NCBI GenBank assembly: GCA_963698715.1
Contig: CAVORW010000004.1
Span: 219,527 to 283,526 of the forward strand
Length of the DNA stretch: 64,000 nucleotides
DNA from: an uncultured Chloroflexia bacterium
GTDB taxonomy: Bacteria > Chloroflexota > Anaerolineae > Anaerolineales > UBA4823
Direction: 5' to 3'
Shown: piece after piece, positions 29,786 through 39,154 of the stretch
Layout: every line of letters begins with the position of its first letter
Position numbering within the stretch: the stretch's first letter is position 1
Notes under the pieces: generated by a model
The model's database searches: none
Seen by the model: only the letters and a program-made list of their open reading frames with translations
What the model was told of the DNA's origin: nothing
Made by a program: the position numbers and the translations under genes

Positions 29786-32002
29786 ATGGGTAGGGTCAGC
29801 CGGTTTGTGGTCATAGGTTTTCTTCTAATGCCGCTGTTCAACGTCCGGCAGTACGGCTCGGTCGCCGCCGCGATCCAGTGGCAAGACAAGGTTGATCCCT
29901 GGATACTTGAGACTTCCAGCGGCGGGCCAGCAGAATTCCTGGTTTACTTGAACGAACAAGCTGACCTCAGTCCAGCTGGCCGGATGCCCACCAGGCTGGA
30001 GAAAAGCGCCTACGTCTACCAGACCCTCAGCCGCCTGGCAGCCACGACCCAGAGCCCTATCATTCGTGCCCTGGAAGCGCAGGGAGCGACTTACCGCCCG
30101 TATTGGGTTGCCAATATGATCTGGGTGCGCGGGGACCAGTCTCTGGTTCAATCGCTGGCTCAGCGAACCGATGTTGCCCATCTGTACGCCAACCCCTCCG
30201 TGCGATTGGATGGGCCGGTCGGCGAAAGCAAGGCAGTCCCCAGCGCTGCCGATACGGTTGAATGGAATATCCTGAAAGTCAACGCAGACGATGTCTGGAA
30301 TGCGGGCTATACCGGTCAAGGGGTGGTGGTGGCGGGGCAGGACACCGGCTACCAGTGGGATCATCCCGCCCTGATCAACCAGTACCGGGGCTGGAACGGC
30401 AGTAGCGCCGACCACAATTACAGCTGGCATGATGCCATCCACAGCAACTCGGGCAGCAACCTGTGCGGCTACAATTCGCCTTTCCCCTGCGACGACGATT
30501 CCCACGGCACCCATACCATGGGTATTATGGTCGGTGATGATGGCGCTACCCGCCAGATCGGCATGGCACCCGGAGCGCGCTGGATTGGCTGCCGCAATAT
30601 GGATAACGGGTTTGGCACCCCAGCCACCTACAGTGAATGCTTCCAATGGTTTATCGCCCCCACCGATCTGAACGGCCAGAACCCGGATCCCACAATGGCC
30701 CCGGACGTGGTCAACAACTCCTGGAGCTGCCCACCTTCGGAAGGCTGCACAGATCCGAACGTGCTGCTAACCGTCGTTAATAATGTCCGGGCAGCAGGCA
30801 TTTTAACCGTTCAATCCGCCGGTAACAGCGGTCCGAATTGCAGCACGATCAATGCGCCAGCCGGGATTTACGACTCCTCTTACACAGTGGGTAATACAAC
30901 CTCAACGGATGGGCTAGCTTCTTCGAGCAGCCGCGGCCCGGTAACAGTCGATGGCAGTTTTCGGATGAAACCCGATATTTCTGCCCCCGGGACCGGAATT
31001 ACCTCCAGCGTGCCTACCACCTTCATCCTATCCGGTTATGGAGAAAAAAGCGGAACCAGCATGGCGGCCCCACACGTAGCCGGGTTGGCGGCTCTGCTGA
31101 TCTCCAGCGATCCAGGCCTGCGCAGCCAGCCTGCTGCGCTTGAAAACGTCGTCAACGCCACTGCTGCAGCCGTTAATCTTTACCCGGCACAGACTTGCGG
31201 CGGCATTCCCAGCACAACTGTCCCCAATAACAGCTTCGGCTGGGGACGGATCGACGCCTGGGCGGCTTACCAGGGCCGCACACCCGGCCTGGCCTTACAG
31301 AAAACCGCTTCATCCGCCGAAGTGAACCCGGGCGAGCTGCTGACCTATACCCTTTCTGTGACCAACACCCAAATGGCCCTCCCTGCTACCGGCGTCATTT
31401 TGACCGACACGATCCCGGCCAGCACCAGCTTTGTCTCGGCCAGCGGCCCTCACACGCTGAACGGCAAGCAGGTTGAATGGTCCTTTGCCAGCCTGGCAGG
31501 CGGAGAAAGCACCTCGGTCGACCTGGTTGTAAAGGTCGGAACGGAAACCTGCAGCCTGATTGAGAATGCCGATTATGGGGTCAGGAGCGATCAGATCCCT
31601 CAAGCCGTTCTCGGCCCAGTCGTGACTACTTCCGTCAACAATCCATTCACTTTCGTCCTGCTCTGGGATCATTTCGCCTTCGTCGTGCCCGGCCAAATCA
31701 TCACATACACCCATACGCTTCAGAATGTCGGAGCAATCAGCGGGACGGTTGGGCTAAGTATTTCCAGCTCTTTGGGGTGGGCCAGTGCAAGCTTGCCGGT
31801 TACAGCTACCCTCGGCCCAGGCGAGCTGATCAGCCTGCCTATCCAGGTTAGCGTGCCCAGCGATGCACTTTTTGGCAGCGTGGAAGAAACTACCCTGAGC
31901 GCCAGCTGTATTGTTGACCCCAACAACAGGGTAAGTAATACAGACTGGTCGTATTATCGATTTCCAGTTTACCTCCCCATGGTTAAAAGTGAGGCTCCTT
32001 AA
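29786..32002 (+). CDS. Secreted S8 subtilase with DUF11/Ig-like domains
   Basis: QDTG, HGTHTMG, GTSMAAPH triad; LQKTAS..LTYTLSVTN DUF11; C-terminal VYLPMVK. Confidence 0.9.
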   Translation: MGRVSRFVVIGFLLMPLFNVRQYGSVAAAIQWQDKVDPWILETSSGGPAEFLVYLNEQADLSPAGRMPTRLEKSAYVYQTLSRLAATTQSPIIRALEAQGATYRPYWVANMIWVRGDQSLVQSLAQRTDVAHLYANPSVRLDGPVGESKAVPSAADTVEWNILKVNADDVWNAGYTGQGVVVAGQDTGYQWDHPALINQYRGWNGSSADHNYSWHDAIHSNSGSNLCGYNSPFPCDDDSHGTHTMGIMVGDDGATRQIGMAPGARWIGCRNMDNGFGTPATYSECFQWFIAPTDLNGQNPDPTMAPDVVNNSWSCPPSEGCTDPNVLLTVVNNVRAAGILTVQSAGNSGPNCSTINAPAGIYDSSYTVGNTTSTDGLASSSSRGPVTVDGSFRMKPDISAPGTGITSSVPTTFILSGYGEKSGTSMAAPHVAGLAALLISSDPGLRSQPAALENVVNATAAAVNLYPAQTCGGIPSTTVPNNSFGWGRIDAWAAYQGRTPGLALQKTASSAEVNPGELLTYTLSVTNTQMALPATGVILTDTIPASTSFVSASGPHTLNGKQVEWSFASLAGGESTSVDLVVKVGTETCSLIENADYGVRSDQIPQAVLGPVVTTSVNNPFTFVLLWDHFAFVVPGQIITYTHTLQNVGAISGTVGLSISSSLGWASASLPVTATLGPGELISLPIQVSVPSDALFGSVEETTLSASCIVDPNNRVSNTDWSYYRFPVYLPMVKSEAP

Positions 32003-32039
32003 CCCGAGTGCGGGATAAGTATCCCCAAACTCAGGTGTC

Positions 32040-34175
32040 TTATTTCTGACGGAGCAGGCGGGAGGAATTCGCTAAGATTCCCAGATCTGGCAGCGACTGG
32101 GCAGCCGCGGCAAAAATGGGTGGCAGAATCCCAAAAGCAGCCAGCGACAGGCCGACCAGATTGTAGACCGCTGTAAAACCAATGTTCATCTTAACGACCC
32201 GCATTGTGCGCCGGGCAATCTCAATAACCTCGGGTACCAGGGTCCAGTCCTCACGCATCAATGCGATATGGGCAGCTTCGATCGCGACCCCGCTGGCAGA
32301 TGACCCGCTCCGTGCGGCGCCCATGGCAATGCCCACATCTGCTTGAGCCAGGGCGGGAGCATCATTGACACCATCCCCAACCATAATAACTCGATGACCG
32401 CGGGCCTGATACTCTCTCACAATCCGGATTTTATCTTCCGGGAGCAGGTTGGCTCGATAGCTTATGCCAATTCGTTCCGCCAGATCGGCAGCCGTACGCT
32501 CATTGTCACCGGTCAGAAGCTCCACATGTTGGATCCCTGCCTGCCGGATAGCCTGGATGGCAACCGGGACCTCGCTTCGCAAAGTATCGGCAGCAGCCAG
32601 CACAGCTGTCCAGGCCTCATCTACCCGCACAAACAGCAAGGTTCGCCCTTGCCGCTCGAATTCTTCCGCCGCCTGGGCCAGCAATCCGTTCTGCGGATGG
32701 CTGCCTGGCTCTACAACCATCCTACGGCTACCGATTTGTAACCGATGACCAGCAACCGTTGCTTCTACTCCAATCCCTGGTCTGGTTATAAAATCTTCCG
32801 GTTCATAGAGCGCCAGTTGGCGTTGGCGAGCCAGGGCACGGACGGCTTCCGCCAACGGATGCTCCGAGTAGCGCTCAGCAGAGGCCACCCATGCCAGGAT
32901 TTCGTCCTGGCTGGCAGCGCCATTGGCCAGTTCAACAGCCTCTATCCGTGGCTGGCCAAGCGTCAGTGTGCCAGTTTTATCGATGAGAAGCACATCCGCC
33001 TGGGCCAGGATTTCCAAATATTTGCCGCCCTTGATCATCAATCCCCGGCGAGCTGCGGCTCCGATGGATGCCAGCATCGCGATCGGGGTAGCCAGAGCAA
33101 AAGAGCAAGAGCAGGCCACTACCAGGACCGCGGCGGTCGCCAGGGGATCACGTCCCAGCAGGTAAGTCAGGGCGGCTATGCCTGCAACCACTGGCAGATA
33201 ATAGCTTGAAAATCGGTCCGCAACACGCTGCACATCCGCGCGGTGCGCCTCGGCTTCTTCTACCAGCTTGATCACTCTACCGAATGTGGTGTCAGATCCA
33301 ACCTGGCTGGCCCGAATCTGCAAGCTGCCGAAGCGGGCAAATGTTGCCGCAAAAACCTGGCTGCCTGGCCCTGCTTCCACTGGCATGGATTCGCCCGTGA
33401 TGGTTGCCTGATCAATCGTTGCCTGTCCCAGGATAATCTCGCCATCGACTGGGATTTGTTCTCCAGGTCTGACGATAACCACATCGCCAATCGTCACTTC
33501 TGCCAATGGGACCAGAGCTTCGTCTCCGTCCCGTACCAAGCGCGCAGTTTGAGGCGCCAGCCTGGTCAGATCTTTTACGGCTTTACGAGCACGTTCAGCC
33601 GTAAAGTTTTCGGCGTAATCTCCCACTCGCATAAAAAATACCACCACCGCGGCCGTGGCCCATTCTCCAACCACCAGGGCTGCGATTACACCCAGTGTCA
33701 TCAATGTGTGAGAGATAATTTGACCCTTAAGGGCGGCCCGCAAAACGTTTCGAAATACCGGGAATCCACTTACCAGCACAATCGCCAGGCCAACCGACCA
33801 GGGCACCTGCCCGGTTATGGTTTCGAATAGCCCCAGCCACTCCCCAACCACAACCACAAACAGGACCACCCCAAAAACCAGCCCCATGACGCTTAATACA
33901 ACCTGAGTGTACTGGTTGGCGCTGGAATCCGAGTGGGCTGGAGAGGCATCTTGTTCCGGAACAGCATAGCCTGCCTCTGAGACCGCCTTCCGAATCATTG
34001 GCAGGTTTACCAGGCTTTCGTTCAGATGAACAACTGCTTTCTGTGAGACCAAAAAAACGTCGACCGATTCAACTCCAGGAATCTTGGCAATCGCCCGGCG
34101 GACGTGCAGAGTGCAATCTGCACAGTCCATACCCTCAATTGGAACTTCAACGATCTTGTTCGCGTCCATAGACAC
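32040..34175 (-). CDS. Heavy-metal P1B-type ATPase with CSC metal motif
   Basis: GMDCADC HMA domain, TGES, ACSCSFALATP, DKTGTLT, SEHP, GDGVNDAP. Confidence 0.92.
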   Translation of the reverse strand: MSMDANKIVEVPIEGMDCADCTLHVRRAIAKIPGVESVDVFLVSQKAVVHLNESLVNLPMIRKAVSEAGYAVPEQDASPAHSDSSANQYTQVVLSVMGLVFGVVLFVVVVGEWLGLFETITGQVPWSVGLAIVLVSGFPVFRNVLRAALKGQIISHTLMTLGVIAALVVGEWATAAVVVFFMRVGDYAENFTAERARKAVKDLTRLAPQTARLVRDGDEALVPLAEVTIGDVVIVRPGEQIPVDGEIILGQATIDQATITGESMPVEAGPGSQVFAATFARFGSLQIRASQVGSDTTFGRVIKLVEEAEAHRADVQRVADRFSSYYLPVVAGIAALTYLLGRDPLATAAVLVVACSCSFALATPIAMLASIGAAARRGLMIKGGKYLEILAQADVLLIDKTGTLTLGQPRIEAVELANGAASQDEILAWVASAERYSEHPLAEAVRALARQRQLALYEPEDFITRPGIGVEATVAGHRLQIGSRRMVVEPGSHPQNGLLAQAAEEFERQGRTLLFVRVDEAWTAVLAAADTLRSEVPVAIQAIRQAGIQHVELLTGDNERTAADLAERIGISYRANLLPEDKIRIVREYQARGHRVIMVGDGVNDAPALAQADVGIAMGAARSGSSASGVAIEAAHIALMREDWTLVPEVIEIARRTMRVVKMNIGFTAVYNLVGLSLAAFGILPPIFAAAAQSLPDLGILANSSRLLRQK

Positions 34176-34286
34176 CTTTAATCAATCGCAACAAACTAAA
34201 TGGCCAGCCCTCACCATCTGCATTATACTTGCATTATCTAGATCGATCTGAGCCGGGATAACTCAAACTCCTTACCAGGAGACTTA

Positions 34287-34376
34287 GAGCATATCCGAAA
34301 AGTGGTTTATGTAGTTGATGTTGCATGCTCCGCACGCAACATCAACTACATACTTTCCGACTTTTCGGATAGAGAC
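34287..34376. mobile_element. Small MITE-like element enclosing a REP-like hairpin
   Basis: TATCCGAAAAGT / ACTTTTCGGATA terminal IRs flanked by TTA on both sides; inner 17-bp perfect stem TATGTAGTTGATGTTGC. Confidence 0.6.
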
Positions 34377-34539
34377 TTAGTGGTGTTCTTGCGAAATCAG
34401 ATGGGCGACTTAGCGAGGGAACCATTCAGGTGTGTCACAATCAAGGCGATAATCGCCAAATTGTTGACAAACCATCATCTCCTTGTGTCAGTATCGCTTA
34501 TCCCGTATTCACGATTTATGACCATTCTGTAGGAGATTA

Positions 34540-35703
34540 ATGATGCCAATGAACTCTCGCCAACGTGTCCTGGCGGCTATCAACCACGAGCAGCCTGACC
34601 GGGTCCCAATCGTAATTGGATCCAGCAATACAACCACGCTCAAAATGAAACCGTACCAGGTTCTTAAACAGCATCTGGGCATTCAGGCAGAGGATCGATA
34701 TATTTATGATTGGCCTGAACTCGGTTCGGCCTTGCTGGATGAAGCCACATTACAGCGACTGCACAGCGACGTCCGCGGGGTACTCGATCGCTTCCCAAAA
34801 GAAACTTACGATCGAAACCAGAACCGACCGGCTCACAGCCCGTTTATCGATGACTGGGGCAGCGGTCAAAAGGAGGTCGAACCGGGGGTCTGGTATCCGG
34901 GGATCCATCCCATGTCTGAAGCTCAAACTCTCGATGCCATCCAAAACTACCCCTGGCCCGACATGGATGATCCCTACCGGGTTGCCCATGTTCGCCAACA
35001 AGCAGGCCAGTTGGCGGAAGAAAATGAATACGCCATCATCGCTACCCCGTGGCTGCTTTTCCCGCTTGAAAGAGCTTTCGCCATGCAGGGAATGGACAAA
35101 TTCCTGCTTTACCTGGCGATGAACCCTGATTTTGCCACTGCCCTGCTGCAAAAAATAGCCGCGCTGTGCAAAACATTGATGGGCCATTTCCTTGACGCCC
35201 TGGGGGACAATGTGGACATCATTAAGATCGGCGATGATATCGGGACCCAGGAAAGCCTGCTGATGTCTCCGCGCATGTATCGCAGCATCCTAAAGCCCAT
35301 TCATGCCGATTACATCGCCTATATTAAAGAACGGACCCGAGCCAAAGTGTTTTTTCATACCGATGGGGACGTTTTTAACCTGATCGATGATTTTATCGAG
35401 ATAGGGGTTGAAATTCTCAACCCAATCCAAACGTCTGCCGGAAGAATGTCCAACTTGCCTGAGTTAAAGAAACGCCATGGCAATCAATTGACATTTTGTG
35501 GTGCGATCGACACCCAAAATATATTGCCATTTGGAACCCCGGAAGAAGTCCGGCAAGAAGTGAAGCGCGTGATCGAAATTCTGTCTCCAGGCGGCGGTTA
35601 TATGCTCTCATCGGTGCATACTATCATGAATGAAGTTCCCCCCGAAAATATTCTGGCAATGGTGGATGCAGCGCTGGAATTCGGGAAGTATTCAAGCGTA
35701 TAA
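34540..35703 (+). CDS. Uroporphyrinogen decarboxylase/MtaA-CmuA family protein
   Basis: SRQRVLAAINHEQPDRVP, GDDIG, FHTDG, LNPIQ, GAIDTQ, GGGYMLSSVH, PPENI. Confidence 0.85.
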   Translation: MMPMNSRQRVLAAINHEQPDRVPIVIGSSNTTTLKMKPYQVLKQHLGIQAEDRYIYDWPELGSALLDEATLQRLHSDVRGVLDRFPKETYDRNQNRPAHSPFIDDWGSGQKEVEPGVWYPGIHPMSEAQTLDAIQNYPWPDMDDPYRVAHVRQQAGQLAEENEYAIIATPWLLFPLERAFAMQGMDKFLLYLAMNPDFATALLQKIAALCKTLMGHFLDALGDNVDIIKIGDDIGTQESLLMSPRMYRSILKPIHADYIAYIKERTRAKVFFHTDGDVFNLIDDFIEIGVEILNPIQTSAGRMSNLPELKKRHGNQLTFCGAIDTQNILPFGTPEEVRQEVKRVIEILSPGGGYMLSSVHTIMNEVPPENILAMVDAALEFGKYSSV

Positions 35704-35704
35704 G

Positions 35705-36490
35705 ATGTTCCAGCGCTTCCATTCCCAGCGACCCACAGCTATCTTGCTCTTGCTGCTGGCGTTGCTAACCTGGAGCTGTGGAGATCGGCACCAGCCTGTT
35801 GGCACGGGCGATTGCATCCCTGTGCCGGCAGGCTGGTTCTTAATGGGCTCAGATCATGGACGCCGGTCTAACCAGCCCCAACGTCGGGTCTACCTAGACT
35901 CCTTTTACATCCAAAGGACGGAAGTCAGCCGGGAGAAATTCGCCGGGTTCGTTGATGCGACTGGCTACCAGGCTGCCGGTTGGGAAGGGCCTCCGGACAA
36001 AAGTGAGGCAAACCTGCCGGCTGTTGGCATCCTGTGGCAGGAGGCCTCTGCCTATTGCGAATGGGTTGGGATGCGCCTGCCGACCGAGGCGGAATGGGAA
36101 AAAGCAGCCCGCGGCGAGGATGGGCGCAGTTATCCCTGGGGCGATGAATGGGATCCTGAGCGGGCCAATACCGCCGATGGAGGAGCGAGCAGTTTACAGC
36201 CCGTCGACAGCTATCCATCTGGGGCCAGTGTATATGGCGCTTTAAACATGGCGGGCAACGCCGCCGAGTGGGTCGCTGATTACTTTTCGTTCGACTACTA
36301 TCTTACAGCCCCGAATCACAACCCTGAGGGGCCCAGCCAGATCATGGATCATGTCATCCGCAGTGGATCTTATCTCTCACCCCCAGAATATGCCGCCACA
36401 TATTTTCGAGACTCGTCCCATTCGGCTCGCCCTAACCAGAGAGTCGGATTTCGCTGCGCATTATCAGACCAAACAAACAACCAGCCTTAG
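35705..36490 (+). CDS. FGE/SUMF1-domain lipoprotein
   Basis: Lipobox-like LTWSC, FLMGS, RLPTEAEWEKAARG, NMAGNAAEW, VGFRC. Confidence 0.85.
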   Translation: MFQRFHSQRPTAILLLLLALLTWSCGDRHQPVGTGDCIPVPAGWFLMGSDHGRRSNQPQRRVYLDSFYIQRTEVSREKFAGFVDATGYQAAGWEGPPDKSEANLPAVGILWQEASAYCEWVGMRLPTEAEWEKAARGEDGRSYPWGDEWDPERANTADGGASSLQPVDSYPSGASVYGALNMAGNAAEWVADYFSFDYYLTAPNHNPEGPSQIMDHVIRSGSYLSPPEYAATYFRDSSHSARPNQRVGFRCALSDQTNNQP

Positions 36491-36621
36491 GCCTGTTTAT
36501 GCAAGCACAGAAAGAATTGATGTGGCGATGTCTTACGAGCTGTTCTCGTAAAACATCGCCACATTCTGCCTGTACCCTCGAAAATCCAAAAAGTGCGTTT
36601 CGGATTTCAATTTTAGAGCAT

Positions 36622-37890
36622 CTATTCTTTCTCGTAAGCCACACCATCAGCAGCCGGAATATGGCTGCGTCCGACCACGCCAGCCAGAACTACCATGGTG
36701 GCGATATAAGGTGCCATAAGCAGAAACTCCGACGGAATCCTGACGCCCAGGATCGCCAGCTTGGAAGCCAGCGAGTCAGAAAAACCGAATAAGAGTGATG
36801 CCCCAAAGGAGCCCACCGGCATATAATTACCAAAGAGCATAGCCGCCAGACCGATAAAGCCGCGCCCGGCTGTCATGACCTCATCGAACCGTCCAACCGA
36901 TCCAAGCGTGAAATAGGCCCCACCAAAGCCAGCAACCATCCCGCCCAGGATGACCGCAATATAGCGGGTCGTGAACACGTTGATCCCCAGCGTGTCGGCT
37001 GCTTTTGGATGCTCGCCGACTGAACGTAATCTTAGCCCCCAGCGAGTGTAAAACAAAGCCACCGTCAACACGATGATCAACACAAAAGTGATATAGATAA
37101 AGATATTGTTTTGGAACATGATCGGACCCAAAATTGGGATGTCAGCCAGTAAAGGCAGCTTAATGGTTGGGAAAACACCGGGACTGTTCAGGTCCTGGTA
37201 TTTCTGCAAGAACTTGGCGGACAGGAAAGAAGTGATCCCTGTGGAGAAAATATTGATCACTGTACCGGAAATGATCTGATTGGTCTTATATTTGATGGAC
37301 AAGATCGCATGGATCCAGGCCAAAAAACCACCTGCCAGCACTCCAGCCAGCATGCCCACCCACAGATTGGTTAAACTGCCGACCAGGGCTCCCATAAAGG
37401 CGCCGGTCAGCATCATACCTTCAATCGCAATATTTATCACACCGGAGCGCTCACACAATATCCCAGACATGGCTCCCAAAGTCAGCGGTATTGCTTTAAG
37501 CAATGTAGTGCGGAACAGGCCTGCCACATTAAGTGAATTATCCGCCGCAGCCCACGCTAAAAAACTGAAAATAAACATCCCGGCGACCAGACCCAGGACA
37601 AGATTGGCGCGCCGGTCAAAGCCGCGCGCCAGCTGGTAGGCCCCCAAGGCAGCACTGACAAAGGCTAAAATATTCAGGGTCTGGCTGGTTGTAAACGTCC
37701 AATCATCCAGTAATATTTCTGAACCACCCGGCGTCAGCACAAAGGTTGTCGTCACGCCTGGATCGACCGGCCTGGCAAACAAATACCACATTGCAGCAGC
37801 CAGAACAAGAAAAATGATCCCCAGCACGCGGCGTCGGGTTGGTGAGACATAGCTCACACTCGGCTTAAGGGATGATGCAATTGTCGCCAT
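36622..37890 (-). CDS. Nucleoside/simple-sugar ABC permease
   Basis: ERSGVINIAIEG, LRSVGEHPKAADTLG, GRGFIGLAA. Confidence 0.9.
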   Translation of the reverse strand: MATIASSLKPSVSYVSPTRRRVLGIIFLVLAAAMWYLFARPVDPGVTTTFVLTPGGSEILLDDWTFTTSQTLNILAFVSAALGAYQLARGFDRRANLVLGLVAGMFIFSFLAWAAADNSLNVAGLFRTTLLKAIPLTLGAMSGILCERSGVINIAIEGMMLTGAFMGALVGSLTNLWVGMLAGVLAGGFLAWIHAILSIKYKTNQIISGTVINIFSTGITSFLSAKFLQKYQDLNSPGVFPTIKLPLLADIPILGPIMFQNNIFIYITFVLIIVLTVALFYTRWGLRLRSVGEHPKAADTLGINVFTTRYIAVILGGMVAGFGGAYFTLGSVGRFDEVMTAGRGFIGLAAMLFGNYMPVGSFGASLLFGFSDSLASKLAILGVRIPSEFLLMAPYIATMVVLAGVVGRSHIPAADGVAYEKE

Positions 37891-37892
37891 GA

Positions 37893-39146
37893 CTAGTTAC
37901 CTCCCCAACTGCTGATGGTAAATTCTTCTTCAATTCGATCGGGGGTCTTCAACCGGTATATGGTACGGATAATTGCTGGGGCAGCGATAAACGCCAGGAT
38001 CATTGCCTGGATCACAGAAATGATGTCAATCGGAATGCCAGCAGTCAACTGCATTCGAATTGCACCATTTCGGAGTGTACCAAATAACAAGGCCGCCAGC
38101 ACGACGCCCAGGGGATGGCTTTTGCCCAATAAGGCCAGGGCAATACTGTCAAACCCATAACCGGACGAAAATGCCATCGCCAGGTTGTAGTTTACACCTA
38201 GTACTTCATTGGCTCCCGCCAAGCCCGCCAGGCCTCCCGACAGGCTCATTGCGAGAACTGTGCTCAAAACAATATTCATTCCGGCGTAGCGGGCAGCCTT
38301 GGGATTTAACCCGACCGTTCGCAGTTCAAAGCCCCAGGTTGTTTTGAATAGGAACCAGTAAACCACCCAGGCAATCGCTAAAGCGATAAAAAATCCCAGA
38401 TGAAACCGAATTGGATCCTGGAAGAACCGGAACAGCCTGGCTGACTCCTCAACTGGAGCGCTGACTGGAATGACTTTATTGGGGTCCCTTAAAAAACCTT
38501 TTAACAAATATTCGCTCAACCGAAAAGCGATGTAGTTCATCATGATCGTGTTGATGACCTCATGGCCCCCGGTTTTTGCTTTCAACCAGCCCGGTATAAA
38601 TCCCCATATGCCCCCTCCGATTGCGCCTGCCAGCAGTGCAAGTGGGATGTGAATGATTGCCGGAACACCCTTGATCGCCACCCCGGCCCAAACTGCAGTC
38701 AGAGCACCGATGAAAATTTGGCCTTCAGCGCCGATATTAAACAATCCGGCCCGAAAACCAAGCGCAACAGCCAGACCGCCAAAAATATATGGGGTCGATT
38801 GAACCAGGCTCTCAAAAATTGGATTGATGGCCCGGCGGATTGCGAGATCATCTCCGCTTTGCAAAGCGGCAATAATCTTACCAGGATCGCCAATCGAACC
38901 GGTAAACAAAGCCACATAGGTATTCCAGGCAGCCTTTAGGCCGGTTTGGAGAGCCAAAAACGGGGATGTGCGAAACGCAGTGTAGACATCCTCCGTGGTC
39001 AGAGCGACCAGCAAACCTCCCATCAGCAAGCCTGTAACAATCGCTAAAAAAGTGACCGTAAGAGGGCTCTTCAAAACCTCTTCTAAAAAGATTTTGCCAG
39101 CATCTTTCTGCTTTTCAGGGGCCTTTTCTTCACTCATGGATTGCAC
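37893..39146 (-). CDS. Nucleoside/simple-sugar ABC permease
   Basis: GLFNIGAEGQ, HEVINTIMMNY, GFELRTVG, GYGFDSI. Confidence 0.9.
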   Translation of the reverse strand: MQSMSEEKAPEKQKDAGKIFLEEVLKSPLTVTFLAIVTGLLMGGLLVALTTEDVYTAFRTSPFLALQTGLKAAWNTYVALFTGSIGDPGKIIAALQSGDDLAIRRAINPIFESLVQSTPYIFGGLAVALGFRAGLFNIGAEGQIFIGALTAVWAGVAIKGVPAIIHIPLALLAGAIGGGIWGFIPGWLKAKTGGHEVINTIMMNYIAFRLSEYLLKGFLRDPNKVIPVSAPVEESARLFRFFQDPIRFHLGFFIALAIAWVVYWFLFKTTWGFELRTVGLNPKAARYAGMNIVLSTVLAMSLSGGLAGLAGANEVLGVNYNLAMAFSSGYGFDSIALALLGKSHPLGVVLAALLFGTLRNGAIRMQLTAGIPIDIISVIQAMILAFIAAPAIIRTIYRLKTPDRIEEEFTISSWGGN

Positions 39147-39154
39147 CCTTGTCC

